Part shown: positions 1 through 8,635 of the stretch, one piece after another | Layout of the letters: each line of letters starts with the position of its first letter | How positions within the stretch are numbered: the first letter of the stretch is position 1 | Assembly (NCBI GenBank): GCA_041082215.1 | Contig: JBDOIF010000120.1 | Span: 62,001-87,646, forward strand | Length of the DNA: 25,646 nucleotides | Direction of reading: 5' to 3' | Origin: Anaerolineae bacterium | GTDB lineage: Bacteria; Chloroflexota; Anaerolineae; B4-G1; DUEL01 | Program-made: the position numbers and the translations under genes | The notes under the pieces: model-generated | The model's input: the letters and a program-made list of their open reading frames with translations, nothing else | The model's database searches: none | What the model was told of the DNA's origin: nothing

Positions 1-1787
1 TAGGTCCCTGGCGGCGTTGCCGGGTTGAGGTTCAGGTCGAAATGGGTCTCCACCACCTCATCCATCTCCCATCGGTCCGGCGGGTATCGGTCGAAGAGGT
101 CGGGCCGGCGGTCCATATTCCCGCCCCACACATTGAAGTCCCCGTCCACCACACGGACCAGGGGGCGGAAGGGGGTAGGGGCGATCTGGGCCTGCCGACG
201 CCAGTAGAGGACGGCGTGGATCCAGTTGCTGGGAGGATGGGAGAGCCGCTCGGTGGGTGGGAGGCTCCGGGCATCGAGCCGGTAGCCGACCAGACAGAGG
301 CCGTTCTGGAAGCAGAGGTCCAGCGGCACGGCGGTTTCCGGAAGCGCAGGGTAGGTAAAGCGCATCTGGTAGCCGATGAGGGCGATCTGGCCCGCGTTGG
401 GGTACTGCTCCGTGATGACCGGGAAGGCTGCGGCGGCCACCTCTCGCAGGTGATGGCCAGGGGCCATCGCCTGGTCCTGGTGCAACACCAGCCACAGCCG
501 GTCGTAGTGTTGGGCCATCTGCTCGTAGAAGGGCCAGGGATCGTACGGGTCGTATGTGAATCCCTCGACCTCTGAAGTGCCCCGGTAGTACCGTTCCAGA
601 AGCCGGGTGTTGTAGTAGGCGGAGACGACGGCTACGTCGTTCGGGCCTTCGTGGGCCTCGATGTAGCTGGCGATGAACCGCCAATCCCCCCGTTGCATTG
701 CCGGGTCGGTGAGGTCGCGCACCAGCCCTCCGATCATCAGCCCGCCCAGGGCGAGGAGGAGAACCCCCAGCGGCCGCCAGAGACGGGCCAGGGTTTCGAC
801 CCCATATGCCACCAGCAGGAAGAGGGCCGGCACGACAGCGGAGAGGTACTTGGCGGTGTAGACCGGCACGCGGAAGGAGATGATGTAGAAGAGAAGCACG
901 GGCAGAAGGGCGTGGACGGCGACCGCCCATCGCTCCTTCTTTCCCAGGAGAAGCGCCGCCGCACCGACCAGGGCCAGGCCAGCGGGGAGGAGAAAGGCCG
1001 GCCAGGAGACCGTCGGCACGGAGAGCCGGTAAAAATAGTTCCCTAAGGCGTCCCGCAGCAGGGTCCCCAGCGGCACGAACCCCCGCCAGATGTCGCGCGG
1101 CTCATAGTACTGGATAAGCTGCCAGCCAATCTTCAGGAGAGGGAGGTGGGCCAACCCCAGGAGGAGCATCGTCGCCAGATAGGCCAGCAGCCGTTTTCGC
1201 CTCTGCCAGCCCAGGAAGAGGGCCATCACCGCCTGGCTTGCTACCAGAAAAACGCCGAAAAGGTGGCTGTAGAACACCGTCGAGGTGAGGGAAGCAAAGA
1301 GCAGCCAGCGCCACCAGCCGCCCCGCTGGAAAGCCTCTGTGAGGGCCAGGCTGGAAGCGACGGCGACCAGCATGTGGAGGGCGTACATCTTCGCTTCCTG
1401 GGCAAACCACAGGGCGAAGGGGGAGAAGCCCCAGAGCCAGACCGCCACCGCGCCTGCCCGCGCCGTCGCCAGCCGCCGTGCCCAGCGGAAGAGCAGCGGC
1501 ATCGTCAGCACCGAGCAGATGGCTGAGAGGTAACGGACGGCGAAGTCGGAGTCCCCCACCAGATGTCGCCACCCAAAGAGAAGCAGATAAAAGAGGGGGC
1601 CGTTGTGGGAAGGATGGATGATCGTGCGCGCGGTCTCCATGAAGCTCCCTTCCGTGAAGTGGAGGGCCATCACCTCATCCACCCACATGCTCTGGAGGGT
1701 CAGCGTGCCGGTCCGCAGCCCGTAGGCGATGAAGAGCAGGGCCAGGAGGCCGATGTTCAGGGTTGTGTGCTGTCTGGTCGATTTCAT
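1..1787 (-). CDS. GT-C membrane glycosyltransferase (ArnT/PMT_2-like) with C-terminal extracytoplasmic module; 3' end runs off the window
   Basis: Absent from the ORF track because there is no stop in the window. Manual translation from ATG 1787 gives MKSTRQHTTLNIGLLALLFIAYGLRTGTLTLQSMWVDEVMALHF...HNGPLFYLLL...SDFAVRYLS, i.e. TM1 plus a WxDE loop. The window edge reads, in the same frame, ...YPPDRWEMDEVVETHFDLNLNPATPPGT, like the C-terminal module of its neighbours. Confidence 0.85.
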   Translation of the reverse strand, partial: MKSTRQHTTLNIGLLALLFIAYGLRTGTLTLQSMWVDEVMALHFTEGSFMETARTIIHPSHNGPLFYLLLFGWRHLVGDSDFAVRYLSAICSVLTMPLLFRWARRLATARAGAVAVWLWGFSPFALWFAQEAKMYALHMLVAVASSLALTEAFQRGGWWRWLLFASLTSTVFYSHLFGVFLVASQAVMALFLGWQRRKRLLAYLATMLLLGLAHLPLLKIGWQLIQYYEPRDIWRGFVPLGTLLRDALGNYFYRLSVPTVSWPAFLLPAGLALVGAAALLLGKKERWAVAVHALLPVLLFYIISFRVPVYTAKYLSAVVPALFLLVAYGVETLARLWRPLGVLLLALGGLMIGGLVRDLTDPAMQRGDWRFIASYIEAHEGPNDVAVVSAYYNTRLLERYYRGTSEVEGFTYDPYDPWPFYEQMAQHYDRLWLVLHQDQAMAPGHHLREVAAAAFPVITEQYPNAGQIALIGYQMRFTYPALPETAVPLDLCFQNGLCLVGYRLDARSLPPTERLSHPPSNWIHAVLYWRRQAQIAPTPFRPLVRVVDGDFNVWGGNMDRRPDLFDRYPPDRWEMDEVVETHFDLNLNPATPPGT

Positions 1788-1789
1788 AT

Positions 1790-1859
1790 GTCAGGCGTCA
1801 AGCGTCAGGCGTCAAACATCAGGTGTCAAACGTCAGGCGTCAAACGTCAGACGTCAGGC
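1790..1859. repeat. Tandem heptamer repeat, 10 units of consensus GTCARRC (STRR-like)
   Basis: Units read directly: gtcaggc gtcaagc gtcaggc gtcaaac atcaggt gtcaaac gtcaggc gtcaaac gtcagac gtcaggc. The array fills the intergenic gap and contains the upstream gene's stop codon. Confidence 0.95.
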
Positions 1860-4141
1860 GTCGGGTGGCGGGGGATGTTGAGGGCCAGGAGCACGGCTGC
1901 GCCCGCTGCCAGCGCCAGCCCCACCTGGAGGGAGCGGGGGAAGAACCGCATCCTCACCCGGTGGTCCCCCGGCGGGATCAGGACACCGCGGAAGGTGGCG
2001 TCGGTCCGATAGATCGGCACAGGCTCTCTGTCCACCTCGGCACGCCAGCCGGGGTAGTATACATCCGAGAGCACCAGCAGAGCTGGCGCGTCGGTGTGGA
2101 CGACGAAGACCACCTCGTTGGGGCTGTACCGCCCCACCTCGATTGTGCCGTTCCCTTCTCCCTCCAGCCGGGGGCCACCCTCCACCACCGCCACCTCTTC
2201 TGGCCGGAAGTCGGGGGAGAGCACGCGCCGGAACGCCTCCCCGAAATCCTCTGCCGGCTCGGTCCGATAGACCAGCCAGACGCGGGGCAGCGCCAGGGTG
2301 TTCAGATGGACGTCCACCACCTCATCCTCGATAAACACCGGCCAGATCCCCTCTCCGCCCGGCGGCTCCCCCTTTGCCACTATGATATACTTGATTCCCA
2401 AAAGGCGGTACCCGGCCGAGGTCTTGGAAGGGAGCGACCAGTAGAACTGTTCGAGGGGGTAGAGGGCGAGCGGATCGCCCGACCCCTGGAGGGTCTCAAA
2501 CCCCTGCACCTGCAGGACTTCCGGTGACCAGAGGTGTCGGGCCGTCGGGTCGGTGTCCACGCGGAACCAGCCCGGATCGCTCTGGAGGAAGGCGAGCGCC
2601 CCCCCGTGGTCGGGGCCGGCCAGTGGAGGCGAGGGGTCGGCCTCGACCAGCGAACCTGTCGCCACCAGCTCGCCGATCAGCAGGGCCACGACCCCGGCCA
2701 GGGTCCACTGCTGCCTCCACCGCAGCCAGGCCCATCCAAGCCCGGCCAGTCCCAGGGCGAGGAGGGCCGAGAGCCGCAGGCTGAGCCGGGCCATCTCCGC
2801 CGGCTGCCCGGCCGGGAAACCTGCGACCAGGACAGGCGCGGCGATCCAGAGGACAATCCCCCCGCCGACCAGCGCCGCCGTCCACCCCCGGGTCCGCCAC
2901 CGTGCGGCGTCACAGGCCAGCACATCTCCCCCCAGGCCGGCCAGGAGGGCCAGGCTGAAAGCAGCGATGAAGACCGCCCGGGCCGTCTTCCAGGATTCGG
3001 CGAAGAGGGGCCAGTCGGCCACCAGGGGGTAGAGCGGCCCCTGATGCCCCACCGCGAAAAGCACCGCCAGTCCCCCCAGCCCCAGCCAGAAGAGGGCACG
3101 GCGGGGCCGGGCGAGCACCCCCAGGACGGCCAGGTAGAGCGCCACCGCGCCGACATAGACCTTCTCCACCCGGTTTACTCCGAACCAGGTCCCTTCCACA
3201 CCGCGGCCGTGGAGGTAGGGGGCCAGGCTATCGGCCAGGAGGGCGGGCAGGAACTCGTATCCCCGGCGGAGCTCTCTGGGCATCAACGAACGGACCGTCC
3301 ACGGCAGCCGCTCGACCCCCGGCAATGTCATCGGCGCAGAGAGGGCGAAGCCGACCATCCCCGCCAGCGCCAGCCGACCGAGCCGAAGCGGGAAGGGGAG
3401 CTCCCGCCCCCTCCCCACAGGGGCCAGCACGGCCCAAAGTCCGTAGAGGCCGGCAGCGATCAGCCCGTAGAGGGAGACCTGGCCGTGGCCGGCCAGCGCC
3501 ATCAGGGCAAGGGGGACGCCGCCGAGGGCTGCCCGTCTCCACGACCGTGCTTCCAGTGCCCAGTCCACACCCAGGAACGACCAGGGGAGCCAGGCGATGG
3601 CGTCGTTGATCTGAGGGTGGCCCAGATGGACGATGAGGGGGTCGGAGAGCATGTAGGCCACACCTCCTGCCAGCCCTGCCGGGGTCGTCAGTCGGAGGCG
3701 GGGGGAGCGGGTGAGGTAGAGGTACATCCCCACCCCCGCCAGCAGCACCCCGACCATCCCCCGCAGCAGCACCGCCTCTACGGGCGGCGGGGAGAGCAGG
3801 AAGAGGGGCCAGTTGAGGGGATTGAAGAGGCCATACTGGCCCTCGGAGAGGATCGGGTCCCCCGCCGCCAGCAGGGGGTCCCAGAGGGGGAAGACTCCCC
3901 GTCGGACCTGGCTGGCGATAAAGGCCCAGACGGGGTAGAGCTGTCCCCACAGGTCGCCTCCCCCTTTGGGGAAGGCGTGGCCGGCAAGGAGGACTGGCCA
4001 GAAGAACAGCGCCACGGCGGTGGTGAGGAGAAGCACTGCACCGGCATCCCGCCCCCGCTGCCGGCATCCGGGCAGGCGGGTGGTGAGCCAGGCCAGGCCC
4101 GCTCCGACGACACCCAACCCGATCCACACCCCAGGTCGCAT
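1847..4141 (-). CDS. YfhO-family GT-C membrane protein (764 aa)
   Basis: Motifs GGDLWGQLYP, FPLWDPLLAAGDP, LFNPLNW, AGHGQ and C-terminal LVLSDVYYPGWRAEVD...FRGVLIPPGDHRV followed by a final TM helix are typical of YfhO-like proteins. GGAGG RBS precedes ATG 4141. Confidence 0.85.
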   Translation of the reverse strand: MRPGVWIGLGVVGAGLAWLTTRLPGCRQRGRDAGAVLLLTTAVALFFWPVLLAGHAFPKGGGDLWGQLYPVWAFIASQVRRGVFPLWDPLLAAGDPILSEGQYGLFNPLNWPLFLLSPPPVEAVLLRGMVGVLLAGVGMYLYLTRSPRLRLTTPAGLAGGVAYMLSDPLIVHLGHPQINDAIAWLPWSFLGVDWALEARSWRRAALGGVPLALMALAGHGQVSLYGLIAAGLYGLWAVLAPVGRGRELPFPLRLGRLALAGMVGFALSAPMTLPGVERLPWTVRSLMPRELRRGYEFLPALLADSLAPYLHGRGVEGTWFGVNRVEKVYVGAVALYLAVLGVLARPRRALFWLGLGGLAVLFAVGHQGPLYPLVADWPLFAESWKTARAVFIAAFSLALLAGLGGDVLACDAARWRTRGWTAALVGGGIVLWIAAPVLVAGFPAGQPAEMARLSLRLSALLALGLAGLGWAWLRWRQQWTLAGVVALLIGELVATGSLVEADPSPPLAGPDHGGALAFLQSDPGWFRVDTDPTARHLWSPEVLQVQGFETLQGSGDPLALYPLEQFYWSLPSKTSAGYRLLGIKYIIVAKGEPPGGEGIWPVFIEDEVVDVHLNTLALPRVWLVYRTEPAEDFGEAFRRVLSPDFRPEEVAVVEGGPRLEGEGNGTIEVGRYSPNEVVFVVHTDAPALLVLSDVYYPGWRAEVDREPVPIYRTDATFRGVLIPPGDHRVRMRFFPRSLQVGLALAAGAAVLLALNIPRHPTPDV

Positions 4142-4157
4142 CCCTGTCCTCCGCAGG

Positions 4158-6413
4158 CTACGGCCTTACCTCCACCTCTGCCAGCGGGATGGCGTCGTTG
4201 GCCAGGCGCGCTCCGCTGGCATCGAAGGCCGGAAGCCGTTCCCCCGTCTCCAGGCTGTAGAGTCCCACCAGAAGCGTGTACCGTCCCGGCGGGAGGTCGT
4301 TCGGAAGCGCCACCACCCGTGGGTCAGCGACCATATCTCCGGCGGCCCAGAGCTGGGTGGGATAATCCCCGCCCATCGGCGGCCCGTCCCCCTGGGCCAT
4401 CGGCAGGCCGTCCTCAGCGGCCAGATGGACGAAGACGTTGAGCGGTCGGCCCAGCGGAGCGTCGCAGGCCCAGTAGAGGGTGAAGAGGAGCGTCTCACCG
4501 GGGCGGACCGGGCCGCTCCAATCTGGCTCCCAGGCCACAAGCCGCACCCCATCCCCCAGCCGGCAGGCCGCAGGGAGGCCTGTGGGGGTCGCAGGTTCCC
4601 GCGCCGCCAGCCGCACTGGCCCCAGGCTGACCGTTTCCCGTCCGTCGCTGGCAGCGAGCCGTGGGCCATCAGGCAGGTAGAAGCCAGTGTCCAGCCGGAG
4701 ACCCACGGGGGCGTCGGCGTCTGCCTCGATGGGCACCGGGACCGTATCGGCGATGACTTCACCGGGCTGCCAGCGGGAGGTGGGGTATCGCCCCAGACCG
4801 GGGTGGGTGTCCCGTGCGCCGATCTTCGTGCCGCCCCGTCCGAACACCTGAACAAAGAAGGTGTAATCGGTGTTCGAAGTACCCAGGACCTGCCAGTAGA
4901 AAGTAATTCGCAGGACGTCGCCGGGATGGAGAGGGTCGGGCGCGGTGTCGTAGCCGATAAGGTGAGCCAGCCCCGGATAGGTCACATCTGCCGGGTGTCG
5001 AGGATTGACCTCATCGGCGGAGGCGTATCGGGGCGGCGGGGCATAGGCCGGCGCCAGCACACCGACCAGCCCATAGACCGCCAGCGCCAGCATTGCCAGG
5101 GCCAGAATCGGCAGCAGGGCCGCCCGGCGGCGGTCCGGGAACCACTCGGCAAGCCCCAGGACGTAGAGGGGAGCCAGGACGGCCAGCGCCACGAAGAGGT
5201 AGCGGCCGAAGTCGGCGGCGGCGCTGACCGTCATCCGGGCGAAGTTGACCGCAAGCGCGACGAGCGGGGCAGTGGCGAGGAGTCCCATAGCTGCCAGAGA
5301 GCCTTTCCTCTTATCTGTCCGATGACGGGCCCACAGGAGCAGGAGCCCTCCCAGGGCCGCCAGCCCGACCAGTCGGGCCAGGCCGTAGATGGGATGCGGG
5401 AAAGGAATCTGGCCATAGCCGAAAACGCCCCACAGCGTGTTGTGGAGGAAGCCCAGCTCCCGCGCTGCCGCCAGGAGGTCGGGGGCGTTTGCCCGCACCC
5501 CCCATACCCCTGTCTGACGCACCATCGCCGTCGGCTCGCCGTAGAGGAGCCAGTTACGGACAAACCACCATCCGCCGATCAGCAACGCCAGCCCCACGGC
5601 GATCCCGCTCAGGCGGAAAGCCTCCCGCCATCCCCTGCGGCTCCGGTCGGCCAGGGAGTGGTAGAGGAGGGCCAGCATTGCAGTGGGCATTACCAGCAGG
5701 CAGGTCAGTTTGCTCAGGATGCCCAGGCCCATCAACACGCCAAGCGTTACCGCCCGCCGGGCCGTCGCGCCCCGGGTGAGGATGCGGGCGGCGACGTGAA
5801 GCATCGCCGCAGAGACCAGGTTGGCCAGGGGGTCGTCGTGGACCGAGCCGCTGATGTAGAGGAACATCGGGTTGAAGGCGACCAGCGCTGCGGCCGCGAC
5901 AGCCAGCGGCGGGGCGATGCCGCTCCCCCGGCCACCATACACCGCCATAATGACCTCACAGGCAGTGGTGTAGACCAAAAGGACGGTCCCGGCCCCCATC
6001 AGCAGGGAGAGCCAGCGGATCAGGTGAACCCCCAGCGCCACGTCCCGGTAGGGGAACGATTCCAGCATCGGATTGTGCAGGTAGAGGCTCTTGTTGTCCA
6101 CCCCCGGTTCCCAGAGCCGGTAAGCCCAGAAGGGATTGGTCCGCTCCACGATAGCATTGAAATGCTCGTTCGATACCCAGAATGTAAGCAATGCGCCCAG
6201 CGCGTAGTAGAGCGGAGGGTGATGGGCCTTGGTGGGCTTGCCCGGTTCCAGCACCGGCAGCCGGCGCTCTTCGATGAAGTGGCGGATGTTGGCGTAGTTG
6301 AGCGATTCGTCCGGGCTTTCAAAAAGGGGGTTGACCACGCTGTAGGCCCCGCCGAGGCCCAGATATACCAGGAGGATGACGGCTATCCACCGGCGCGCGG
6401 TGTGTTTGCTCAC
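4158..6413 (-). CDS. GT-C glycosyltransferase (ArnT/PMT/DUF2142-like) with two C-terminal extracytoplasmic modules (751 aa)
   Basis: FESPDE after TM1, HHPPLYY, VHDD, LSKLT and FGRYLF motifs, with many TM segments. The GTG start overlaps the upstream TGA (GTGA 6410-6413). Confidence 0.88.
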   Translation of the reverse strand: MSKHTARRWIAVILLVYLGLGGAYSVVNPLFESPDESLNYANIRHFIEERRLPVLEPGKPTKAHHPPLYYALGALLTFWVSNEHFNAIVERTNPFWAYRLWEPGVDNKSLYLHNPMLESFPYRDVALGVHLIRWLSLLMGAGTVLLVYTTACEVIMAVYGGRGSGIAPPLAVAAAALVAFNPMFLYISGSVHDDPLANLVSAAMLHVAARILTRGATARRAVTLGVLMGLGILSKLTCLLVMPTAMLALLYHSLADRSRRGWREAFRLSGIAVGLALLIGGWWFVRNWLLYGEPTAMVRQTGVWGVRANAPDLLAAARELGFLHNTLWGVFGYGQIPFPHPIYGLARLVGLAALGGLLLLWARHRTDKRKGSLAAMGLLATAPLVALAVNFARMTVSAAADFGRYLFVALAVLAPLYVLGLAEWFPDRRRAALLPILALAMLALAVYGLVGVLAPAYAPPPRYASADEVNPRHPADVTYPGLAHLIGYDTAPDPLHPGDVLRITFYWQVLGTSNTDYTFFVQVFGRGGTKIGARDTHPGLGRYPTSRWQPGEVIADTVPVPIEADADAPVGLRLDTGFYLPDGPRLAASDGRETVSLGPVRLAAREPATPTGLPAACRLGDGVRLVAWEPDWSGPVRPGETLLFTLYWACDAPLGRPLNVFVHLAAEDGLPMAQGDGPPMGGDYPTQLWAAGDMVADPRVVALPNDLPPGRYTLLVGLYSLETGERLPAFDASGARLANDAIPLAEVEVRP

Positions 6414-8635
6414 GGCCAGACCACCTCAGCCAGAAGGATGGCGTCGTTGGCCAGGCGCGCTCCACTGGCATCGAAGGCCGGGAGCCGCTCGCCGGTCTCC
6501 AGCAGGTACATCCCCACGTACAGGCGATAGGTCCCCGGTGCCACCCCGTCCAGGGAGAGCCACCGCGCATCGGCGATGGCCTCGCCGGGGGCCCAGAACG
6601 AGGTGGGGTAATCCCCTCCCGCCGGGGGGCCGTCGGCCTGGGCGACCGGCAGGCCGTCGGGACCGACGAAGTGGACAAAGACCGTATAATCCTGACCCGG
6701 CGGGGCCAGGCAGGCCCAGTGGAGCGTGAGGCGCAACCCGTCCGGCTCCTGCGCCAGGTCGTAGCCGGTCAGCGCAATGGCCTCCCCCAGCCGGTAGTCC
6801 AGAGCGACGGAGGGGGCCGGAGGAGGCTCCGTCGCCGCCAGCTTCAGCCAGCCCGCCGTCGCCGTGCCGATGGGGGTGCCGCTCCCATCCACCGCCGTCA
6901 ATCGTTGCCCCGTCTCCCGGTCGTATAGCCCCACATCCAGACGCAGCCGGCTGGGGGCAGGGGCTTCCGGGTCCACCGGGATGAGCACTTCGTCCAGAAT
7001 CACCTGTCCCGGTTTCCAGAAGGAGGTGGGATAATGGCCCAGGCCGGGATAGGTATCCCGCTGCCCCACCTTTGCCCCCTGGCGGCCGAACAGCTGGGCA
7101 AAAAGGACGTAGTTCTCGGGGGTCGTTCCCAGCACTTCCCAGTGGAGCGTTGCCCGGACCGTGCCGCCGGGTTCCACGGCTGTCGGCTCCAGGTCGTACC
7201 CCCGCAGGCGGGCCAGCGGTTCGCCGTCTTCCAGATAGGTCCAATCCAGCCGGTAGGTGGGTTTGGGCGCGGTGGCGGCGTCATAGATCGGCGGGCGGGC
7301 ATAGGCGGGGATCAGGAAGCAGACGAGCCCTGCTGCTCCCAGCGCCAGCATCCCCGCCGTGGCCCCCAGCGCCAGGTAGCGGTGCCAGCGCCGGGGCAGC
7401 CATTCGCTCAGGCCGGTGAAGAGCAGGAGGACGATGGATGGGAGGACCGGGAAGAGGTACCGACCGAAGTTGGGCATCGGCCGGAGGAAGCGGCGGATGA
7501 CCATCGGGGCGAAGGTGAGGAGAAAGGCGAGAAGCAGGAAAGCAAGGGGCAGGAGAACAGAGCGCCGGGAAGAGGCGGGGCAGGAGAGGACCAGGCGGAC
7601 CAGTCCCACGATGGCCAGCATAGCGATGCCGTCCAGCAGGTCGTAAATCCATCTGGAAAGGGGGATCTGGTTGTAGCCCAATCGGCCCCAGAAGGAGGTG
7701 CGCAGCCAGTAAAGGTCAGGCCCCAGGTCGGCGAGGGTGGGGGGGCGGTCGCGGAGTCCCCACTCCGTCATCTCCCGCGCCGTGCCGGTGGGGTCGCCGT
7801 AGAGAATCGTCTGGCGGACCATCCAGGGCACGATGAAGAGGGCAGCCACGCCGAAGACCACCAGCCCCCAGCGGAACAGACTGCGCCACGAACGTTCCTG
7901 CCAGGCGGCCCAGACCACCGTCAGCCCGGCGGCGGGGATCAGCGCGGCAACGGTGAGCTTGGAAAGCCAGCCCAGCCCCAGCGCAGCCCCCAGCCCGACG
8001 CATCGGCGCAGGGTCGGCCCCCGCTGCAGGATACGCACCATCCCCCAGAGCGCCAGCGCGCCAAAGAGGGAGGCCCCGTTGTCGTCGTTCACCGCGCCGG
8101 AGATGAAGAGGAACTCGGGGATGAAGGCGGCCAGCCCCGCCGCCCCCACCCCCATCTCCGGCCGGTCCGGGAAAACCTCCCGCCCGATGCGGTAGATGGC
8201 CCAGATGGTGAGGGCGCCCATCAGGACGGAGAGGAGCCGGACCACCCGCAAGCCCAGCCAGGTGTCGCTCGTGCCGAACCGGTCGTCTTCGGGGTGGAGG
8301 TAGAGGTTTTTGTTGTCCCGCCCCACCTCGCCGAACTGGTAGCCGAAGAAGGGGTTGTGCCGGTCGGGCCAGAGGTGGAGGTCGTTTTCCCCCACCCAGA
8401 AGGAAGCCAGCGCGCCGATAACGTAGTAGAGAGGGGCGTGGTGGCCGAATCCCCGTCCGCCCCCCTCCTCCAGGACCGGCGGATGGCCAGTTTTGACTAG
8501 GGTGCGGATGTAGTCGTAGTGGTAGATTTCATCGGGGGCCTCCAGGGTGGGCGTGGCGATGGCGTAGGCCCAGCCCAGGGCCACGAAGAGGATGAGGATC
8601 ACCGTCAGCACCCTGCGGGCAGCCTGCTCGCTCAT
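6410..8635 (-). CDS. GT-C glycosyltransferase, paralogue of 4158-6413, with two C-terminal modules (741 aa)
   Basis: LEAPDE, HHAPLYY, NKNLYLH, VNDD, LSKLT and FGRYLF motifs. Start reassigned to ATG 8635 (MSEQAARR) because of a GGAGG RBS and an ATGA overlap with the upstream stop. Confidence 0.88.
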   Translation of the reverse strand: MSEQAARRVLTVILILFVALGWAYAIATPTLEAPDEIYHYDYIRTLVKTGHPPVLEEGGGRGFGHHAPLYYVIGALASFWVGENDLHLWPDRHNPFFGYQFGEVGRDNKNLYLHPEDDRFGTSDTWLGLRVVRLLSVLMGALTIWAIYRIGREVFPDRPEMGVGAAGLAAFIPEFLFISGAVNDDNGASLFGALALWGMVRILQRGPTLRRCVGLGAALGLGWLSKLTVAALIPAAGLTVVWAAWQERSWRSLFRWGLVVFGVAALFIVPWMVRQTILYGDPTGTAREMTEWGLRDRPPTLADLGPDLYWLRTSFWGRLGYNQIPLSRWIYDLLDGIAMLAIVGLVRLVLSCPASSRRSVLLPLAFLLLAFLLTFAPMVIRRFLRPMPNFGRYLFPVLPSIVLLLFTGLSEWLPRRWHRYLALGATAGMLALGAAGLVCFLIPAYARPPIYDAATAPKPTYRLDWTYLEDGEPLARLRGYDLEPTAVEPGGTVRATLHWEVLGTTPENYVLFAQLFGRQGAKVGQRDTYPGLGHYPTSFWKPGQVILDEVLIPVDPEAPAPSRLRLDVGLYDRETGQRLTAVDGSGTPIGTATAGWLKLAATEPPPAPSVALDYRLGEAIALTGYDLAQEPDGLRLTLHWACLAPPGQDYTVFVHFVGPDGLPVAQADGPPAGGDYPTSFWAPGEAIADARWLSLDGVAPGTYRLYVGMYLLETGERLPAFDASGARLANDAILLAEVVWP

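Noticed and set aside
1790..1859. Possible CRISPR array
   Set aside because: Contiguous 7-bp units with no spacers and no cas genes.
2534..6530. Long plus-strand ORFs 2534-4441 and 3966-6530 (also 7034-8500, 10991-12679, 20281-23157)
   Set aside because: They are antisense shadows of well-supported minus-strand genes in high-GC DNA, with no recognisable motifs.
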